From the NCBI GenBank assembly GCA_963716985.1, contig OY970323.1:1120001-1184000 (forward strand): a stretch of 64,000 bases of DNA, written 5' to 3'. Shown here piece by piece: positions 30,850 through 40,961 of the stretch (positions within the stretch are counted from its first letter, which is position 1; each line of letters starts with the position of its first letter). The notes under the pieces were generated by a model. It was not told the DNA's origin and did no database searches. It saw only the letters and a program-made list of their open reading frames with translations. A program made the position numbers and the translations under genes. The DNA comes from an uncultured bacterium. GTDB taxonomy: Bacteria; Chlamydiota; Chlamydiia; Chlamydiales; SM23-39.

Positions 30850-32127
30850 ATGAGCATTTCAATAAATTCACCTCCATTCCCTTTCTCAAAGTACTCAACA
30901 AGTGCAACGGTCACAGAAGAACCTTCTCCCGCTCCGTCCCTGTCCTCAACCAGTGCAAGGGTCAATAGAATGTATCCTCTCTCCTTAACTCCTCAAAAAC
31001 GAGCTTCAATGACCCATGACGACCTGGAACGTCTGACTCCCGAACAGCGAGACTGGAAATTGCGCGATGGAGTGCATATTTCCTCTAGCCTGCAAAAAAG
31101 ATTGCGTTTGGCGAGAGAACAACAGCGCGAACAAGAAGCGGGGTGGTCACGAGAATTTGAGTGGCCTTCATGGGGAATGCCAGTTGCAACTCAAATCGAA
31201 TCTTTTTCTTGTTTGTTTCCATTTCCATGTGCAGTTTGTTTTAGCATAGGAAGGGGAAGAAAAACGATGGAAGATCGACACCTTGCGGCATCGATTTCTG
31301 TCAATATTTTAGGCAATGAAAAAACCGCTCACGTTTTTGGCGTATTCGATGGCCATTTGAGCAGCTGTGCTTCAGAATTTGTTCAGAAAGAGCTTCTTTT
31401 TGAGCTTCAGACACAAATCAAACGCATGGATGGAATATTCCGGACGCCTAAAGAAATAATCTGGAATGCTCTAAAAATGACCTTTGTTTCGCTCCATCGG
31501 AATTTTCTATCTTCACGTCAACAAGGCATGAGCCAAGAAGAATTTTGTTGCGGTACTACCGCCGTTGTCGCAATGGTTTTGGACCGTGAGCTCTGGGTGG
31601 CGAATGTCGGCGATTCCAGAGCAATCCTTCACGTGATTGGTTCGGAAGAAAGCATGCAGCTGACAGAAGACATGAAACCAGAAAAATCCTTGATACCGGG
31701 GATGGTAAAAGCAGGTCTTACTGCTCTTTCCACAAGTTGTACAAGCCGCATTGCAAAACGAGGAGGGTGGGTCAGCAGAGATTGTCTTGGGACGGCTCGC
31801 ATATGCGGTATACTTAGCACCGGCGGCGCTATCGGTGACTTCGGGATACCCGGGATCACCGCACGTCCATTCATCACTATGTTTGACCTGTCTTCGCGAC
31901 CTCCGGATGCTGATATAGAACTTATTTTGTGTTGTGATGGTGTTACGGATACAGCGACAACTTCCCAAATCGCAACTACTCGCAAACAACTACGGCACGA
32001 GCAACAGAGCGCCGAAGAAATAGCAAAAGCAATAGTGAGATCGGCTGGCAGCTCACCCCTTTGCCAGGATAATCTGACCTGTCTCGTCGCACAACTTAAC
32101 CCCTCAAAAAAAGGATCGTTAGCATAG
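30850..32127 (+). CDS. PP2C-family Ser/Thr phosphatase with S/P/T-rich N-terminal extension
   Basis: GRRKTMEDRH, FGVFDGH, GTTA, VANVGDSRA, LCCDGV, DNLT. Confidence 0.9.
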   Translation: MSISINSPPFPFSKYSTSATVTEEPSPAPSLSSTSARVNRMYPLSLTPQKRASMTHDDLERLTPEQRDWKLRDGVHISSSLQKRLRLAREQQREQEAGWSREFEWPSWGMPVATQIESFSCLFPFPCAVCFSIGRGRKTMEDRHLAASISVNILGNEKTAHVFGVFDGHLSSCASEFVQKELLFELQTQIKRMDGIFRTPKEIIWNALKMTFVSLHRNFLSSRQQGMSQEEFCCGTTAVVAMVLDRELWVANVGDSRAILHVIGSEESMQLTEDMKPEKSLIPGMVKAGLTALSTSCTSRIAKRGGWVSRDCLGTARICGILSTGGAIGDFGIPGITARPFITMFDLSSRPPDADIELILCCDGVTDTATTSQIATTRKQLRHEQQSAEEIAKAIVRSAGSSPLCQDNLTCLVAQLNPSKKGSLA

Positions 32128-32279
32128 AGAAAAAACCCTATGCAACATTTCTCTTTTTTGTGCTTTGATGATCAATTGTTTTTCGGTCTTTTGTTTTGGC
32201 TTGCGTGGTTACTCGTATGCAGTTTTCCAATTCGCTTTGGCTATTGCGACAAGTCTTCTTGACAGATCTAAGAGAGATC

Positions 32280-32927
32280 TCATTCCTCGGGAGCAATGCC
32301 TCCCAATTCGTTACGATGGCTTCTAATTATTTCTGTTTTATGTTTCCATACACTCGCAGTAGCCATTGCGATTGTAAACGGCATTGTAATCGTCCATCCT
32401 CCGATCGCAGTCAAGGCTCCTGTTATTGCGACTCCTCCTGCAGCTCTTTTTACTGCCAGTCCGAACGGGCTTCGGCATTTTATGGCGGTTCGAACGAGCG
32501 ACGAGGGGCCCAGATAGGCAAGCCAAGTGAGGAGTCCTCTCTTTATTCCGCAGATTCCAATTGCGTCTATTAATGCAAACACTTCTGTTGCGTTCATGAT
32601 CCATTCGATCTTCGACTCTCTTAGCATTCGCGCCCGTCCTGCTTCAGTTATCCTTGTTGGAGCATATATTTTCGTACATATTGCGATAGTTCCGGTAACC
32701 CCAGCGCCTAATAGGGCAGTCTTTAGAGCCGATGGTCCGGCGAGAGTCCACCCGAGCGCGAACAATCCTCCGTGCATCACTTGATAGATCGTTTCTTTTG
32801 GAATTGTTCTGATTGCTCTTTTTACTGCTTGTTTGATTGCAGCTGCGGTAGATTCTGCAGCGGTTAGAATATTTCGCCGGGCAGCGACAGGTTCGTCGCC
32901 GGGAAAAAGACCCGGTATTTGGGGCAT
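32280..32927 (-). CDS. Hypothetical membrane protein
   Basis: Several Gly/Ala-rich hydrophobic hairpins. Confidence 0.6.
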   Translation of the reverse strand: MPQIPGLFPGDEPVAARRNILTAAESTAAAIKQAVKRAIRTIPKETIYQVMHGGLFALGWTLAGPSALKTALLGAGVTGTIAICTKIYAPTRITEAGRARMLRESKIEWIMNATEVFALIDAIGICGIKRGLLTWLAYLGPSSLVRTAIKCRSPFGLAVKRAAGGVAITGALTAIGGWTITMPFTIAMATASVWKHKTEIIRSHRNELGGIAPEE

Positions 32928-32980
32928 AAAGATCGAAGTTGTTGTTTTTAAAGAAGATAATAAATTTTTTTCTATTAATG

Positions 32981-33367
32981 TTAAAAGAAAATTTTGAAAG
33001 CGCTGCGTGTTTGAAAAACGATCCTGAGCGCTGCCTCTTGAATTTTTGTCAACAACCCGCTCTCCATCAGTAATTCTAGGAGATCTTCACGCTGACTAAT
33101 TACCGCTGTTTTAATGACGTCCAGAGGATTTGTTTGAAATAAGGGGTGCGCCGGGTCAAAGCAAGTTGCTCTCGCATCCGGTCCGATCAATACCCATTCG
33201 TGTAGCGTCTCAGACGGTTCGGAAGGAGATAATCTTCCTGATGCGGTGGCAACTTGATCGCCCTCTATCTGGACACTTTGAGAAACGATCCTGCTATCCT
33301 CTGCGGTTGCGGCTTTTGTGGAGGGCGCGCGCGCGAATATGCCTGTAATTGCATCATAAAGAAACAT
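32981..33367 (-). CDS. Hypothetical protein
   Basis: ORF after an AT-rich promoter region. Confidence 0.55.
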   Translation of the reverse strand: MFLYDAITGIFARAPSTKAATAEDSRIVSQSVQIEGDQVATASGRLSPSEPSETLHEWVLIGPDARATCFDPAHPLFQTNPLDVIKTAVISQREDLLELLMESGLLTKIQEAALRIVFQTRSAFKIFF

Positions 33368-33513
33368 TTCTTTCGCCTTTTTAAATTATTTGATAACATT
33401 ATTATAATTCATATTGCAATAACATTAAACCATAAAAATCTTTTTTACTATAAAGAAAGTTATTGTTAAATTAAATTTTTTTTATTTATATATTTATGCC
33501 AACTCCTCGATCG

Positions 33514-33618
33514 GTACGTCCTTAAAAAGTTATGGCAGAATTGCTTTTTTCTATTCCGCTTTCATAGAGAAAGCCTGCCGCATTTGGCTTGTTTTGCCGT
33601 AACTTTTTAAGGACGTAC
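33514..33618. repeat. 105-bp MITE-like palindromic element, copy 2
   Basis: IRs GTACGTCCTTAAAAAGTTATGGCAGAA / TTTTGCCGTAACTTTTTAAGGACGTAC; core CATAGAGAAAG and CATTTGG shared with copy 1. Confidence 0.8.
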
Positions 33619-33619
33619 G

Positions 33620-34222
33620 TTAGAAGGGTTGTTTTTTCTTTTGCAAGCAAAAGCGCCAAGGAAGAAGAGCATCTTCTTTGGCATAATCGACTCCAATACG
33701 GGGGGAGGCGATGATCTCTTCATCGTTGAGCAGCTCCCCCTCTTCGATCCAAAGCAGCTTTCCCAAGAGAGAGACCTCATTGTGCTCTCGAGAAATGGCC
33801 AAAGCTTTTGTTAAGGTTCCGGGCCCCGAACAAAGGGTAGAGTCGATCGTTTTCTTCCCCCTTCGCTGCAACATCACATCGATTCCTTTTAGGGGCTCAA
33901 GTGCTCGAATGAGCACGGCATGAGGAGTTCCTTTTTTATGGGTGACGACGTTGAAAAGGGCGTGCATGCCATAACAGAGATAGACGTAAGAAATTCCTCC
34001 GGCTTTGTAAAGCGTTTTGGTGCGCTCGGTATATCTTCCGCCAAACGCATGGGAGGCTCTGTCCGTATAGCCGCCATAAGCTTCGGTTTCTACGATCCGG
34101 CCGGCGGTGAGTTCATGATCGATGTTGGAAAAAAGAATTTTTCCTAGCAAAGACCTGGCCAATAAAACGACGTCTTCTTGCTGATAAAAGCTCTTTTTTA
34201 GCTTTTTTGTAGAAACAATCAT
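33620..34222 (-). CDS. mpg: DNA-3-methyladenine glycosylase (AAG/MPG type)
   Basis: GRIVETEAY, YVYLCYGMH, AVLIRALEP, GPGTL, PRIGV; ATGA overlap with rnr. Confidence 0.93.
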   Translation of the reverse strand: MIVSTKKLKKSFYQQEDVVLLARSLLGKILFSNIDHELTAGRIVETEAYGGYTDRASHAFGGRYTERTKTLYKAGGISYVYLCYGMHALFNVVTHKKGTPHAVLIRALEPLKGIDVMLQRRGKKTIDSTLCSGPGTLTKALAISREHNEVSLLGKLLWIEEGELLNDEEIIASPRIGVDYAKEDALLPWRFCLQKKKQPF

Positions 34223-36357
34223 TTTTTTCGGGGAGGCGTTGGCCTCTCGGTTGTGATTCTCCATTTGGCTTGCAGAGTGATGAGATCGAGCGAGACGAGT
34301 CTGAGCGATAGCTGATCTCCTATCGAGAATTTTTTGCGTGTTTTTTCTCCTCGAAGAGAAGTGTTTGAGGGGGAAAAGATATAATAATCATTTCCAATCT
34401 CTGAAATGTGAATAAAGCCATCGATGAAATACCCCTCCACATCAAAAAAGAGGCCAAAGGGTTTGATGCGGGTGATCATCCCTGAATAGATGCAGGAAGG
34501 ATCGCGCGCTATGTTTTTTTCGAGAAGGCGAAGCTTTTTTAAAACAAGAACGGAGCTTTCTGCACGAAAAGCGGTTCTCTCTTGCGTCGAACAATGCAAA
34601 GCTGCTTGATTGAGATCTACCTCTCCCTCTTCGTCGAAGAGCAGTCTCTCGGCAATGAGATCGCTATAGCGTCGAATGGGACTTGTAAAATGACAATAAT
34701 GCTCCAGGGCAAGACCATAATGGCCTGCGTTTTGCGGGGAATAGATGGCGAGCCGCATGCTCTTAATGAAACTTACGGAAAGCTGGTGGAAATGGGGACT
34801 CTCTTTTGCCTGTTTGAAAAAGTCTTGCAATTCTTTTTGGGTCGGATGGTCAGGTATTTCAAAACCAAACGATCGAACAAGAGCTGCAAACTCTTGAAAA
34901 TCTTCTTGGGCGGGCGCTTCATGGATGCGATAGAGGAGCATCTTTTCCTTTTGATTCAGATGTTTGGCAATCGTCTCATTGGCCTTCAGCATGAACTCTT
35001 CTACGAGCTGATGGGAAAGATCATATTCATGAAGCTCAATTCCAATGGGATCTCCTTTTTGATCGATGATTACCTCTACATCGGGCAGAGAGAGATCGAC
35101 ACTCCCTCTTTCGAAGCGTTTCTTTTTGAGCAAAAGGGCGAGCGCGCCCATCTCCTGCAAAAGGGCGGAGAAAGGGTTTTTTTCTCTTTTTTCTAGAAGG
35201 GCAAAGGCCTCTTCATAGGTAAAGCGTTTTTTGCTCTTGATGAAGGATCTGCAAATTTCGTAATCGAGCAAATTTCCCTCTCGATCAAACTCCATGAGAA
35301 CCGAAACGGCGAGCCGCAGGGTATCGGGCTTGAGGCTGCACAGGTTGTTGGAGAGGTTTTCAGGAAGCATCGGAATGCATTTTCCGGGAAGATAGATGGA
35401 GTTGGCGCGCAGCATCGCTTCTTTGTCTAAAGGGGAGTTTTTGTGAACGTAGTGGGCCACATCGGCGATATGGACTCCTAAGTGAAAATGACCTTTTGCG
35501 TCTTTGGTAAGCGAGAGTGCATCATCGAAATCCTTGGATGTTTTGGGATCGATGGTGATGCAGTCCATTTGAGAAAAGTCTTTTCTTCCCTTGAGGTCTT
35601 TTTTTGCCACATCTTCTCCAAATATTTCGGCCTCTTTTAAGATCTCATGGGAGAATTCAGAGTGCAGTTGGAATTCGGCAATGGCTGCCTCAATGTCAAT
35701 GGAGGGGTCGGAAATATTTCCCATCTTTTTGATCAAGGAGGTGAAAATTGCGTCTTCCTCGTTTTTCCATACTTCAATTTTTACCAGCACACGATCGCCC
35801 CGTGCGAGGTTTTGATTGGTTTGCAGGTAGATCTTTTTAGGAGAGGAGATGAGGGGAGAAAAAAGAAGATACCCGCGCTTCGTTTTAGTTTCCACGCTTC
35901 CCCCGAGTGTCGTTCGTTTTCTCTCCAAAACTCTTGTGATGCGTCCCTCATAGCCGCGGGGTGACAGCTTGCCCTCATCCACGCTGACCTCAACGATATC
36001 TCCATCTACGGCGCCCATGAGACAAGAGGGGGGGATGAAAATTTCCGAAAACTTTTTGCTGTCCGGATGGACAAATCCAAAACCTCTGGGATGGGTTTTG
36101 ATCGGGCCTACAAGATAAACAAGAGGCGTGGCGGCTTTTGAAAGAGAGAGCTTGTCTCTTTTCTTCTGGATCGACTTCTTTTTGATCAGATCCGATAAGA
36201 TGTCGTCGAATATCTTGGAAAAGGAGGAGGGGAGCTCAAGAAGAGCAAAGAGCTTTTTCGGAGAGACAGGTTGTGGACTTGTCGAAAGATACGAAACGAT
36301 GTCGTTTGCAAGTCTTTCTAGAAGGTCGTTGTATTTCCGGGGACTGGATTTATTCAT
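34219..36357 (-). CDS. rnr: Ribonuclease R
   Basis: HPRGFGFV, TIDPKTSKDFDDA, HFTSPIRRYSDL, C-terminal S1 domain. Confidence 0.95.
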   Translation of the reverse strand: MNKSSPRKYNDLLERLANDIVSYLSTSPQPVSPKKLFALLELPSSFSKIFDDILSDLIKKKSIQKKRDKLSLSKAATPLVYLVGPIKTHPRGFGFVHPDSKKFSEIFIPPSCLMGAVDGDIVEVSVDEGKLSPRGYEGRITRVLERKRTTLGGSVETKTKRGYLLFSPLISSPKKIYLQTNQNLARGDRVLVKIEVWKNEEDAIFTSLIKKMGNISDPSIDIEAAIAEFQLHSEFSHEILKEAEIFGEDVAKKDLKGRKDFSQMDCITIDPKTSKDFDDALSLTKDAKGHFHLGVHIADVAHYVHKNSPLDKEAMLRANSIYLPGKCIPMLPENLSNNLCSLKPDTLRLAVSVLMEFDREGNLLDYEICRSFIKSKKRFTYEEAFALLEKREKNPFSALLQEMGALALLLKKKRFERGSVDLSLPDVEVIIDQKGDPIGIELHEYDLSHQLVEEFMLKANETIAKHLNQKEKMLLYRIHEAPAQEDFQEFAALVRSFGFEIPDHPTQKELQDFFKQAKESPHFHQLSVSFIKSMRLAIYSPQNAGHYGLALEHYCHFTSPIRRYSDLIAERLLFDEEGEVDLNQAALHCSTQERTAFRAESSVLVLKKLRLLEKNIARDPSCIYSGMITRIKPFGLFFDVEGYFIDGFIHISEIGNDYYIFSPSNTSLRGEKTRKKFSIGDQLSLRLVSLDLITLQAKWRITTERPTPPRKK

Positions 36358-36952
36358 TTAAGAAACCTTTCGTAATCAATTGGTTTTGAAGTTTTTCACT
36401 CGAGAAAAATTGCTCGCTATCGAGTCCGCATTTTTTGGCCGATTCGACAAATTCATAGATGTCATCGATATAAAGACTTGGCCCCCTGGCTTTTTCAAGG
36501 GCCGCCTTGTAAATCAAAGGATTGGGCTTTCTCATCTTCATTTCAAAAGATAGGAGCCTGTCGTCGAAAAGAGAGAGAATGGGATAATGAGAGAGAACAA
36601 AGTCGAAGTGGGCATCTCCAATGTTGGAAATGAGGACGAGATAGGCATGTTCATTTTTGAGCGCTTTTATTATGGGAAACAAGGAGTCGTTGGGGGTGAA
36701 AATGTCGGTAAGTGCGTGTAAAAAAGAGGGAAGAGAACCTTTGACCCCGCTCAAAGATGCAAATGTATTGTAGAGGTATTGATGGTGGATTTTTCCGAGC
36801 TCCCAGTCATCGAGGAGTTTTTCTTTGAATAAAAGGTCTCTTACTTGATCCTCGCTTAAGTTAAATAAATTGGCAATTGCTTTGCACATCTTCCGATGAT
36901 CAAAGAATAACTGCACATTCCCAATGTCAAAGAAAAGTGTTTTCTGCATCAT
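36350..36952 (-). CDS. HAD-family phosphatase
   Basis: FDIGNV, ISN, KPNPLIY, YIDD. Confidence 0.85.
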   Translation of the reverse strand: MMQKTLFFDIGNVQLFFDHRKMCKAIANLFNLSEDQVRDLLFKEKLLDDWELGKIHHQYLYNTFASLSGVKGSLPSFLHALTDIFTPNDSLFPIIKALKNEHAYLVLISNIGDAHFDFVLSHYPILSLFDDRLLSFEMKMRKPNPLIYKAALEKARGPSLYIDDIYEFVESAKKCGLDSEQFFSSEKLQNQLITKGFLNE

Positions 36953-37796
36953 ATTTTTCACAATAACTTTTCCAGGTATTTTGTAAAAGAAGAGCTATTG
37001 TCATGGGGCCGACTCCTCCCGGGACCGGAGTGATCGCCGATGCATGAGAAGATAGTTCTTTAAAATCCACATCGCCCACGATCTTCCCATCGGGCAAGCG
37101 ATTGATTCCCACATCAATCACGACGGCTCCCTTTTTGACCATCTCTTTTTTTACAAAAAGAGGCCGTCCGATCGCAACCACCAGAATGTCGGCGGTGCGT
37201 GTGAGTTCTTCTTCCTTTATGGTGTGATCATGGACGACGGTGACCGTGGCGTTGCAATCTTTTTTGTTTTGTACAAGAAGAGCGGCTAAGGGCTTGCCCA
37301 CAATATTGCTACGCCCCATGATGACGACGTGCTTAGAGGCGATAGGCAGGTTGCTTTTTTCAAGAAGAAGCTTAATGCCGCTAGGAGTGCATGGATGAAA
37401 GCCTCCGCCTTCTCCCAAAAGAAGCTTTCCCATATTGAGGGGGTGGAGGCCATCGACATCCTTTTTGGGGTCGATCGCCTCAATAAGCCGAGAGACGTTC
37501 AAATGATTCGGACAGGGGAGCTGCACGAGAATCCCGTCGATTTTTTTATCCTTATTGAGTTTGTGAATAACGGAAAGGATCTCTTCTTCTTTCGCTTTTT
37601 CTTCGAACGTGAGGACAATGGACTCGATCCCTACCCGCTCGCAGGCTTTTTTCTTCATGCGAACATAGGAATGGGAAGGAGGGTGATTGCCGACCAAGAC
37701 AAAGGCGAGTCCCGGTTTGCGGCTTTTCAGAGAGGAAATTTTTTCTTTTAAAGAGTCGAGCAGCTCATCCGCAATCGTTTTTCCGCTTAGGATCAT
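36927..37796 (-). CDS. folD: Methylenetetrahydrofolate dehydrogenase/cyclohydrolase
   Basis: GILVQLP, KDVDGLHP, GRSNIVGKP, TPVPGGVGPMT. Confidence 0.96.
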   Translation of the reverse strand: MILSGKTIADELLDSLKEKISSLKSRKPGLAFVLVGNHPPSHSYVRMKKKACERVGIESIVLTFEEKAKEEEILSVIHKLNKDKKIDGILVQLPCPNHLNVSRLIEAIDPKKDVDGLHPLNMGKLLLGEGGGFHPCTPSGIKLLLEKSNLPIASKHVVIMGRSNIVGKPLAALLVQNKKDCNATVTVVHDHTIKEEELTRTADILVVAIGRPLFVKKEMVKKGAVVIDVGINRLPDGKIVGDVDFKELSSHASAITPVPGGVGPMTIALLLQNTWKSYCEKYDAENTFL

Positions 37797-37805
37797 TTTT
37801 TTTCT

Positions 37806-38600
37806 TTAATTTTCAATCGTTATTAAGGATAGCAGATCTTCATGTATTTTGCCATTAGAAGCAAGAATTGCATTGTTTTCTTTCATTTTCCAAAAATTTC
37901 CCCGCCAGTCGCTCACTTTCCCTCCCGCTTCTTCAACGAGGAGCAGTCCCGCTGCAATGTCCCAAGCCTGAAGATTGGTTTCCCAAAAGCCGTCGAAACG
38001 GCCGGCAGCTACATAGCACAAGTCAAGGGCTGCGGACCCGAGCCTTCGAAACGGCAGTCCCTCCTTTAAAACGGGGAGAAAACGATCGATGCATTGATCC
38101 GGATTTTCCTTTAATTTGTAGGGAAATCCGGTCGCAAGAAAGGCCTTTGAGAGAGTTTTTGTTTTCGAAACAAAGAGTTTTTTGCCATTCAAGAAGGCTC
38201 CCTTGTTTTTTTCCGCAACGAACAGTTCGTTTGTCATCGGCTGATAGACGACGCCAAGGAAGGGTTGTGCATTTTTGCACGCTGCGATGCTCACCGAAAA
38301 GATGGGGATTTCGTGGGCAAAATTCACCGTTCCGTCCAAAGGATCAATGATCCAGACAATCTCTTTTTGGGTGGGACAGACGCCTCCTTTTTCTTCGGAG
38401 CAGTAGCCGTGGGAGGGAAATGCTTTTTTTAAAGAGGAGAGGATCCATTCCTCGCTTTTCAGGTCCATTTCGGTCACTAAATTATGAACGCCCTCTTTTT
38501 CCCGGATCTCGAAATGAGTTTCGAATCCCTTTTTAAGGATGGTCCCCGAGCCAAGCGCAGTCTGAATGGCCAAGAGTGTTAATGAGGAAAAATCATTCAT
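37806..38600 (-). CDS. suhB: Inositol monophosphatase family protein
   Basis: WIIDPLDGTVNF, RRLGSAALDL, WDIAAG. Confidence 0.92.
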   Translation of the reverse strand: MNDFSSLTLLAIQTALGSGTILKKGFETHFEIREKEGVHNLVTEMDLKSEEWILSSLKKAFPSHGYCSEEKGGVCPTQKEIVWIIDPLDGTVNFAHEIPIFSVSIAACKNAQPFLGVVYQPMTNELFVAEKNKGAFLNGKKLFVSKTKTLSKAFLATGFPYKLKENPDQCIDRFLPVLKEGLPFRRLGSAALDLCYVAAGRFDGFWETNLQAWDIAAGLLLVEEAGGKVSDWRGNFWKMKENNAILASNGKIHEDLLSLITIEN

Positions 38601-39096
38601 CCGAATTCCTTTTATTTTCTAAGATTTTTTGTACCCTTTCGATTCCCTTCAAAGGAGCCACAAACCAGAAAAGCGAATAGAGGGCATTGAGGAGAGGAGT
38701 GATAAAAAAAATCGCCAGAAGAGAAGGAAAAAGGTCGCTCTGTTTTTGAAAAAGAAGGAAAAGAAAAAATTGAAGGAGGGCAAAGAAAAGAGAAAAGAGC
38801 ATCGATGCGATGGAAAGCGAGAGGGGCTTTTCATTAAAAATCTTTCTTGCCGGATAAAACGAGAGGGTAGCTAGGAGATAATTGATTGCTGAGAGGGCAA
38901 AAAAAGAGGTAGAAAAAAGATCAAAAAGAAGGCCGCATAAAAGGGCGAGCCATAAGCAGACGGACAAGGAAAATTGGCTCAAGGCCAAAATCAAAAAGGG
39001 CGCATAGAAGATAAAATGGGCCGGAGGGGAAACGGCTGAGAAGAAAAGAGAGGCAAAAAAAGCCAAAAAAAAGGAAATCCAAAGCTTTTGCTTCAT
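38593..39096 (-). CDS. mreD: MreD-like membrane protein
   Basis: All-hydrophobic, GLLFDL motif; ATGA coupling to galE. Confidence 0.55.
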   Translation of the reverse strand: MKQKLWISFFLAFFASLFFSAVSPPAHFIFYAPFLILALSQFSLSVCLWLALLCGLLFDLFSTSFFALSAINYLLATLSFYPARKIFNEKPLSLSIASMLFSLFFALLQFFLFLLFQKQSDLFPSLLAIFFITPLLNALYSLFWFVAPLKGIERVQKILENKRNSDE

Positions 39097-40073
39097 GAGA
39101 AACTTTGGGTTTTGTGCCAAGAGTACGCGGACTCAATGAGAGTCTTTGGATCGGAAAATCGAGGGGCCCAGTGCAAAAGAGAGAATGCTTTCCTAGGATC
39201 TGCTATGAGAGCGGGCGGGTCCCCTTCCCTTCGCTGCGCGATGCGCGCTTGTACCTTTTTTTTACAGATTTTTTCTGCAAAATCGATCATTTCCAGAACT
39301 GATATCCCCTTGCCTGTTCCCAAATTAAAAACAGAACTTTTTTTAGTCTCTAAGAGAAAATAGAGAGCTTGCAAGTGGGCCTCTGCCAGATCGGTTACGT
39401 GAATGTAGTCGCGAATTGCGCTACCGTCTTTTGTTTCAAAATCGTTGCCAAAGACCAGAAGCTCTCTGTTTTTTAAAATGGAAAGAAGGAGCAGGGGAAT
39501 GAGATGGGTTTCCTCTTCGTGATTTTCTCCGACATCTCCTTCAAGATCGGCTCCGGCAGCATTGAAATAGCGAAGGCAGATAGAGTGCAGTCCATAGGCT
39601 TTGTCGCAATCTGCAAGGATCTGCTCGATCATCAGTTTGGACTTGCCGTAAGGGTTGATGGGGTTTTGCGGATGCTCTTCGCTCATGGGGGAACAAATCG
39701 GATTGCCATACGTTGCGCAAGAGCTTGAAAAGATAAGGTTTGTTATGCCCTCTTCTTTCATCGCTTCCAGAAGAGATAGGGAGGATCCGACGTTATTATC
39801 ATAATATTTCAGGGGGTTTTTGGTGGACTCCCCGACAAGGGCGCTCGCTGCGAAATGGAGGATTGCGACGGGTTTTTCCTCTCGGAGCGTTTTGCGAATA
39901 CGCGCTTTGTCTTTTAGATCCCCAATGATGAGCGGCCCCCATCGGACCGCCTCTTGATGACCGACGGTGAGATTGTCATACACAATGGGAAGAAAGCCTG
40001 CTTGAAAGAGAGCTTTGGCTGCATGGCTTCCAATGTATCCGGCTCCGCCGGTCACGAGTATTTTCTTTTTCAT
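39093..40073 (-). CDS. galE: UDP-glucose 4-epimerase
   Basis: GGAGYIGSH, YGKSK, LRYFNAAGA, RDYIHV. Confidence 0.95.
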   Translation of the reverse strand: MKKKILVTGGAGYIGSHAAKALFQAGFLPIVYDNLTVGHQEAVRWGPLIIGDLKDKARIRKTLREEKPVAILHFAASALVGESTKNPLKYYDNNVGSSLSLLEAMKEEGITNLIFSSSCATYGNPICSPMSEEHPQNPINPYGKSKLMIEQILADCDKAYGLHSICLRYFNAAGADLEGDVGENHEEETHLIPLLLLSILKNRELLVFGNDFETKDGSAIRDYIHVTDLAEAHLQALYFLLETKKSSVFNLGTGKGISVLEMIDFAEKICKKKVQARIAQRREGDPPALIADPRKAFSLLHWAPRFSDPKTLIESAYSWHKTQSFS

Positions 40074-40708
40074 CAATAAGCTCCCTTGGAAGAAAAAATG
40101 ACAAGAATGGTTTTTGCAATCAGACGAAGATCTAATGAAAAAGAGCGCGTATCCACGTACTGCTCATTCAAGCGCACCTTTTCTCTGCAGGAAAGAAAGC
40201 TACGCCCCGAAACCTGCCAAAGACCGGTAATTCCCGGCCTGACGGATAGAATCTTAGCTGCTTTTCCCTTAAAATGCCGGCTCACCTCATCTTCTTCGGC
40301 AGGCCTGGGGCCGACTATACTCATATCTCCTTTCAAAACATTCCAAAATTGGGGAAGTTCGTCCAGCGATGTTTTTCGCAATAATCTCCCTACCATTGTG
40401 ATGCGCGGGTCCTGTTTCAGTTTCCAGTTTTTTTCCCATTCTCTCCGGAGATAAGGGTCTTGTTTTAAAAGGTCTTGCAAAAGGGCCTCGGCATTGACAT
40501 ACATCGTTCGAAATTTCCAGAAAAAAAAGGGCTTTTTGTCCTTGCCGACCCTTTTTTGGGAATAAAAAATGGGGCCCGGAGAGGTGAGTTTGATCGAGAG
40601 GGAGATCAAGAGAAAAAGAGGGGAGATCAGGATCAAAAAGAAAAGACTAAAAAAAATGTCAAATGCTCTTTTGATCAGATCATCCGGGCTCACGTTTTTT
40701 TGGCTCAT
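40073..40708 (-). CDS. Priming polyprenyl-phosphate sugar transferase (Bac_transf family)
   Basis: KRAFDI, KFRTM, DPRIT, SLDELPQ, VGPRP, PGITGLWQVSGR. Confidence 0.92.
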   Translation of the reverse strand: MSQKNVSPDDLIKRAFDIFFSLFFLILISPLFLLISLSIKLTSPGPIFYSQKRVGKDKKPFFFWKFRTMYVNAEALLQDLLKQDPYLRREWEKNWKLKQDPRITMVGRLLRKTSLDELPQFWNVLKGDMSIVGPRPAEEDEVSRHFKGKAAKILSVRPGITGLWQVSGRSFLSCREKVRLNEQYVDTRSFSLDLRLIAKTILVIFSSKGAY

Positions 40709-40961
40709 TTTTCCTTTAACAGTTATTTCTAAATTATCAAGATGCTCGATAATTTTTTAGTAAATTTTACAGGGATCAAGGTTTTCGAGGAGGCTCTCTT
40801 TCCTCCTATATTGGGATCAATTTTTTTTTTGATTCGGCTGTTTTCCCTCTTGTTTTAGCTTTTTGTTTTGCTAAATCTTTTCGAATTCTATGATGGTTTT
40901 TTTAAGCTTGCCTGGTAGGTGGGGCAAGTCGTAGGTAGAAAAATTTTCAATCAAGGATTTT

